DNA of 64,000 nucleotides, from IMG/VR virus record IMGVR_UViG_3300045988_115146. One strand, 5' to 3'. Origin of the DNA: a virus. Each line of letters opens with the position of its first letter. The stretch's first letter is position 1. The position numbers and the translations under genes are program-made. A model generated the notes under the pieces. It made no database searches and was not told the DNA's origin. It was given only the letters and a program-made list of their open reading frames with translations. Of this stretch, positions 61,980 through 64,000 are shown piece after piece.

Positions 61980-62013
61980 TTTGCAGATATAAATTAAATT
62001 GCTTATATTTGTA
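61980..62013 (+). promoter_or_regulatory. Bacteroidota-type promoter (20-nt spacer; TTTGTA variant)
   Basis: TTTG at 61980-61983 and tatatttg at 62004-62011, followed by TAatgaaGAAATAAAA. ATG at 62039. Confidence 0.65.
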
Positions 62014-62038
62014 ATGAAGAAATAAAATCGCATTAATT

Positions 62039-62395
62039 ATGAAAGATTACAAGAAGGTATTACTCAAAGGGTTGGAAGAATCCAAGGGTATACATGAAGA
62101 GGATCAGGAATATATCAAAGAAGCTATCAATGATATTTATTCTGAGATGATTGAAGAGCTTGACAACAGACTCGGGCTTCAGTTATATGATTACAGGGTG
62201 GATGTTAAATATGATTCTGAGGGAATCCCCGAATCATTTAAGCATACATTCTGGTTAAACTTCTGGGATGATACTCTAAAAAACCTGCGCTTCATCACAG
62301 CAATGCAGCAATTGATACATGTTCTATCAACTGGAGATGATGAAATAAAGGTTACTCTTTTGAACATCGGGATTAAAATAGAATTGGTAGCATGA
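62039..62395 (+). CDS. hypothetical acidic protein
   Basis: 118-aa ORF. Confidence 0.5.
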   Translation: MKDYKKVLLKGLEESKGIHEEDQEYIKEAINDIYSEMIEELDNRLGLQLYDYRVDVKYDSEGIPESFKHTFWLNFWDDTLKNLRFITAMQQLIHVLSTGDDEIKVTLLNIGIKIELVA

Positions 62396-62580
62396 GTTCT
62401 TTCAATAGGATACAAAGACAGTATAACTGGATATGCAAGAATATCAAAGGACCGTTATACAGAATAAAGATGGGGAAATTGTATATAAAGACTAAAAAGG
62501 CAATACTTGACCCTCATTTGACTCCAGAACAAAAACTAATACTAATCGGTATCAGAGATACCATAAAATCAAAACTATGA
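62392..62580 (+). CDS. hypothetical small basic protein
   Basis: 62-aa ORF with ATGA overlaps at both ends. Confidence 0.4.
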   Translation: MSSFNRIQRQYNWICKNIKGPLYRIKMGKLYIKTKKAILDPHLTPEQKLILIGIRDTIKSKL

Positions 62581-62696
62581 AAAAGCTAATCATTGTAATG
62601 GCAATCCTCTTAACTTCATGCGTAGAAAAGAGAGTAGAATCAACCGATTGGGTTGATATCGGAGGAAAACCCGATGTTCTCATTCATAAAATGTGA
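62577..62696 (+). CDS. small lipoprotein candidate; the frame stays open past an in-frame TGA to 62798
   Basis: The signal peptide and lipobox read MKKLIIVMAILLTSC. TGA at 62694-62696 is followed in frame by NHQVLTFTFEQDGHKYMVGIYNQGGIDMIEIPE*. Confidence 0.4.
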   Translation: MKKLIIVMAILLTSCVEKRVESTDWVDIGGKPDVLIHKM

Positions 62697-62815
62697 AATC
62701 ATCAAGTATTGACATTCACCTTTGAACAAGATGGCCATAAGTATATGGTGGGAATCTATAATCAAGGTGGAATTGATATGATAGAAATACCTGAATAAGT
62801 AAAGATTACCCTACT

Positions 62816-63061
62816 ATGAAGATGTTCGAATTAATTCCTTACATATTGGAATTAGATTATGACTCAGAAATAAAGATCATAGAAGATCTAGAACATAATG
62901 AAGGTGAATTACCTAAGATGATGGATGTAGTTCCCACTATCATGTTAAATACCGTAACAGGTAGGAAAACCTTCACCATGATAGAGAAAACGGCAATGGA
63001 TAAGTACATTGCACAGAATAATACAGTGACCAAATTAAAAGTATCAGATAAAATATCATGA
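62816..63061 (+). CDS. hypothetical protein
   Basis: 81-aa ORF. Confidence 0.45.
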   Translation: MKMFELIPYILELDYDSEIKIIEDLEHNEGELPKMMDVVPTIMLNTVTGRKTFTMIEKTAMDKYIAQNNTVTKLKVSDKIS

Positions 63062-63408
63062 AAGAGCAAGAAGAACAAGGCTGTTTGAAGCCAATGGTGA
63101 TAGGTATCATCATAGCAGCTATATTCATCTTAATGGCTTTCCTATTCGTACCTCACCACAAACCAGAGACTTATAATCCATTAGAGGATGTAATCATGGT
63201 ACAAGAACCTGTACTGAAAATTGATAATCAAGGCAGGTATTACATCTCTACCAAAAGATCCTACTACCGTATCAAATCTGAAAAGGAAGGCAAAGAACTC
63301 ATAGAATCTGTAGAAAAGAAAAGAGATGAGCTTGAAAAGCAGGTTCAACAGCAAAACATCAACATAAACCACAATATCCATATCACTATCGAAGACGATA
63401 CCTGGTAA
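63058..63408 (+). CDS. hypothetical single-pass membrane protein
   Basis: 116 aa; TM segment MVIGIIIAAIFILMAFLFV. Confidence 0.45.
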   Translation: MKEQEEQGCLKPMVIGIIIAAIFILMAFLFVPHHKPETYNPLEDVIMVQEPVLKIDNQGRYYISTKRSYYRIKSEKEGKELIESVEKKRDELEKQVQQQNININHNIHITIEDDTW

Positions 63409-63502
63409 AAACCCAAGATCAAGATAATCCCTATCTGAAAGACTTAGATTCAGAAACCTCAGCAATATATGGGTAACTTCAAACCGAATACTACGTACAA
63501 TT

Positions 63503-63874
63503 ATGACTACTCAGGAAAAGAATAGATGGCTAAGACTAAGCCAACGTTACAGAAAACTCGGAGTAACCGCAGTAAATGGAGCATTCGCTGAACTAGAGAA
63601 TAACCTCTGGGAAGAAGGCTGGTCAGGCAATCCTCTATCTTATAGGCAAACAGATCATGGCATCTACATAGAAGTAATGTTAAGATCCATAGGAGAAATA
63701 TCTCTGAAATACAAAGACTATGATGACTTCTGGAATAAAGTAAAAGATGAGGAGGGAGCTTATAAGGTAGCTCAACCAATCTATAATAAATGGTCAGAAC
63801 TACTTTATCCTCAAATCCAACTAGTGAACGGATTAAATCAAACCAAAATCCCCGAACAAGTACTCCGAAAATAA
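63503..63874 (+). CDS. hypothetical protein
   Basis: 123-aa ORF. Confidence 0.45.
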   Translation: MTTQEKNRWLRLSQRYRKLGVTAVNGAFAELENNLWEEGWSGNPLSYRQTDHGIYIEVMLRSIGEISLKYKDYDDFWNKVKDEEGAYKVAQPIYNKWSELLYPQIQLVNGLNQTKIPEQVLRK

Positions 63875-63882
63875 ATAAAACT

Positions 63883-64000
63883 ATGAAAATCAAAGCAACA
63901 GCCTTATCAAACTATACTTCCAAGGAATGGGTATTACTTCCAACAATAGTTATCACATCCCAGAGACCATTCTACATCATCCTATCCTGGCTGAGATGGT
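63883..64000 (+). CDS. 5' end of an ORF running off the window (partial)
   Basis: ATG at 63883; MKIKATALSNYTSKEWVLLPTIVITSQRPFYIILSWLRW... stays open to the window edge. Confidence 0.3.
   Translation, partial: MKIKATALSNYTSKEWVLLPTIVITSQRPFYIILSWLRW

Noticed and set aside
50209-62013. Possibility that the repeated TTATATTTGCA units are a CRISPR array or a tandem repeat
   Set aside because: The copies are hundreds to thousands of nt apart, always intergenic, and always paired with an upstream TTTG at a fixed 19-20 nt spacing. That is promoter architecture, not repeat-spacer architecture. No cas genes are present.
268-63893. All other minus-strand ORFs in the track (for example 7111-7506, 10287-10517, 11421-11690, 15144-15488, 29270-29599, 37601-38041, 53064-53423, 60511-60955, 63507-63893)
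   Set aside because: Each lies wholly inside a longer + strand ORF that has recognisable motifs or tight operon packing. None has a recognisable motif, and they are typical shadow ORFs of an AT-rich genome. Only 23148-23795 has its own non-overlapped space, a promoter-like element and protein-family patterns.
1-64000. Genome-wide stop-codon reassignment (TAG or TGA recoding)
   Set aside because: Well-supported genes end normally at TAA, TAG and TGA. Long ORFs are uninterrupted under the standard code, and no suppressor tRNA is among the three tRNAs. Only one isolated in-frame TGA (62694-62696) was seen, and it is reported separately.
1-64000. Lysogeny module (integrase, repressor, att site)
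   Set aside because: No tyrosine- or serine-recombinase motif or CI-like repressor was recognised in any ORF of this window. Absence from this window says nothing about the rest of the genome.

Overview
This window looks like one contiguous piece of a large, AT-rich, contractile-tailed (myovirus-type) phage genome. All family calls come from reading motifs in the translated ORFs; no database or profile search was run. All plausible genes but one lie on the + strand, in three blocks. (1) Positions 1-23067 are a virion/tail operon with P2/Mu-like order: sheath, tube, tail chaperone with a likely -1 frameshift, tape measure, LysM tail protein, split gpD-like hub, gpV spike, gp25/gpW-like, gpJ, gpI, an embedded amidase endolysin, and a tail fiber. 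(2) Positions 23148-50191 are a replication, recombination and nucleotide-metabolism block. It holds a sigma-like gene on the minus strand, DnaB-like helicase, primase, SF2 helicase, a palindrome-rich candidate origin, and two dNTP pyrophosphatases. It also holds three thymidylate-synthase-fold genes, three tRNAs (Met-CAT, Pro-TGG, Leu-TAA), and an IspD-type cytidylyltransferase next to a LicD-type phosphotransferase. The same block carries a family A DNA polymerase broken by a split intein with a free-standing Vsr/DUF559-like endonuclease, an HNH endonuclease, GroES-like, RecA/UvsX-like, FEN, a nucleotide kinase, SbcCD-like, a PD-(D/E)xK nuclease, and a NusG-like protein. (3) Positions 50281-64000 carry many small genes in short promoter-gene-terminator cassettes. 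Their promoters match the Bacteroidota -33 TTTG / -7 TAnnTTTG consensus with a fixed 19-20 nt spacer, which suggests a Bacteroidota host. The most interesting items are a candidate DNA base-hypermodification cassette (30569-36662), the fractured polymerase gene, and the compound palindromic intergenic region at 29910-30073. No integrase, CRISPR array or rRNA was seen.
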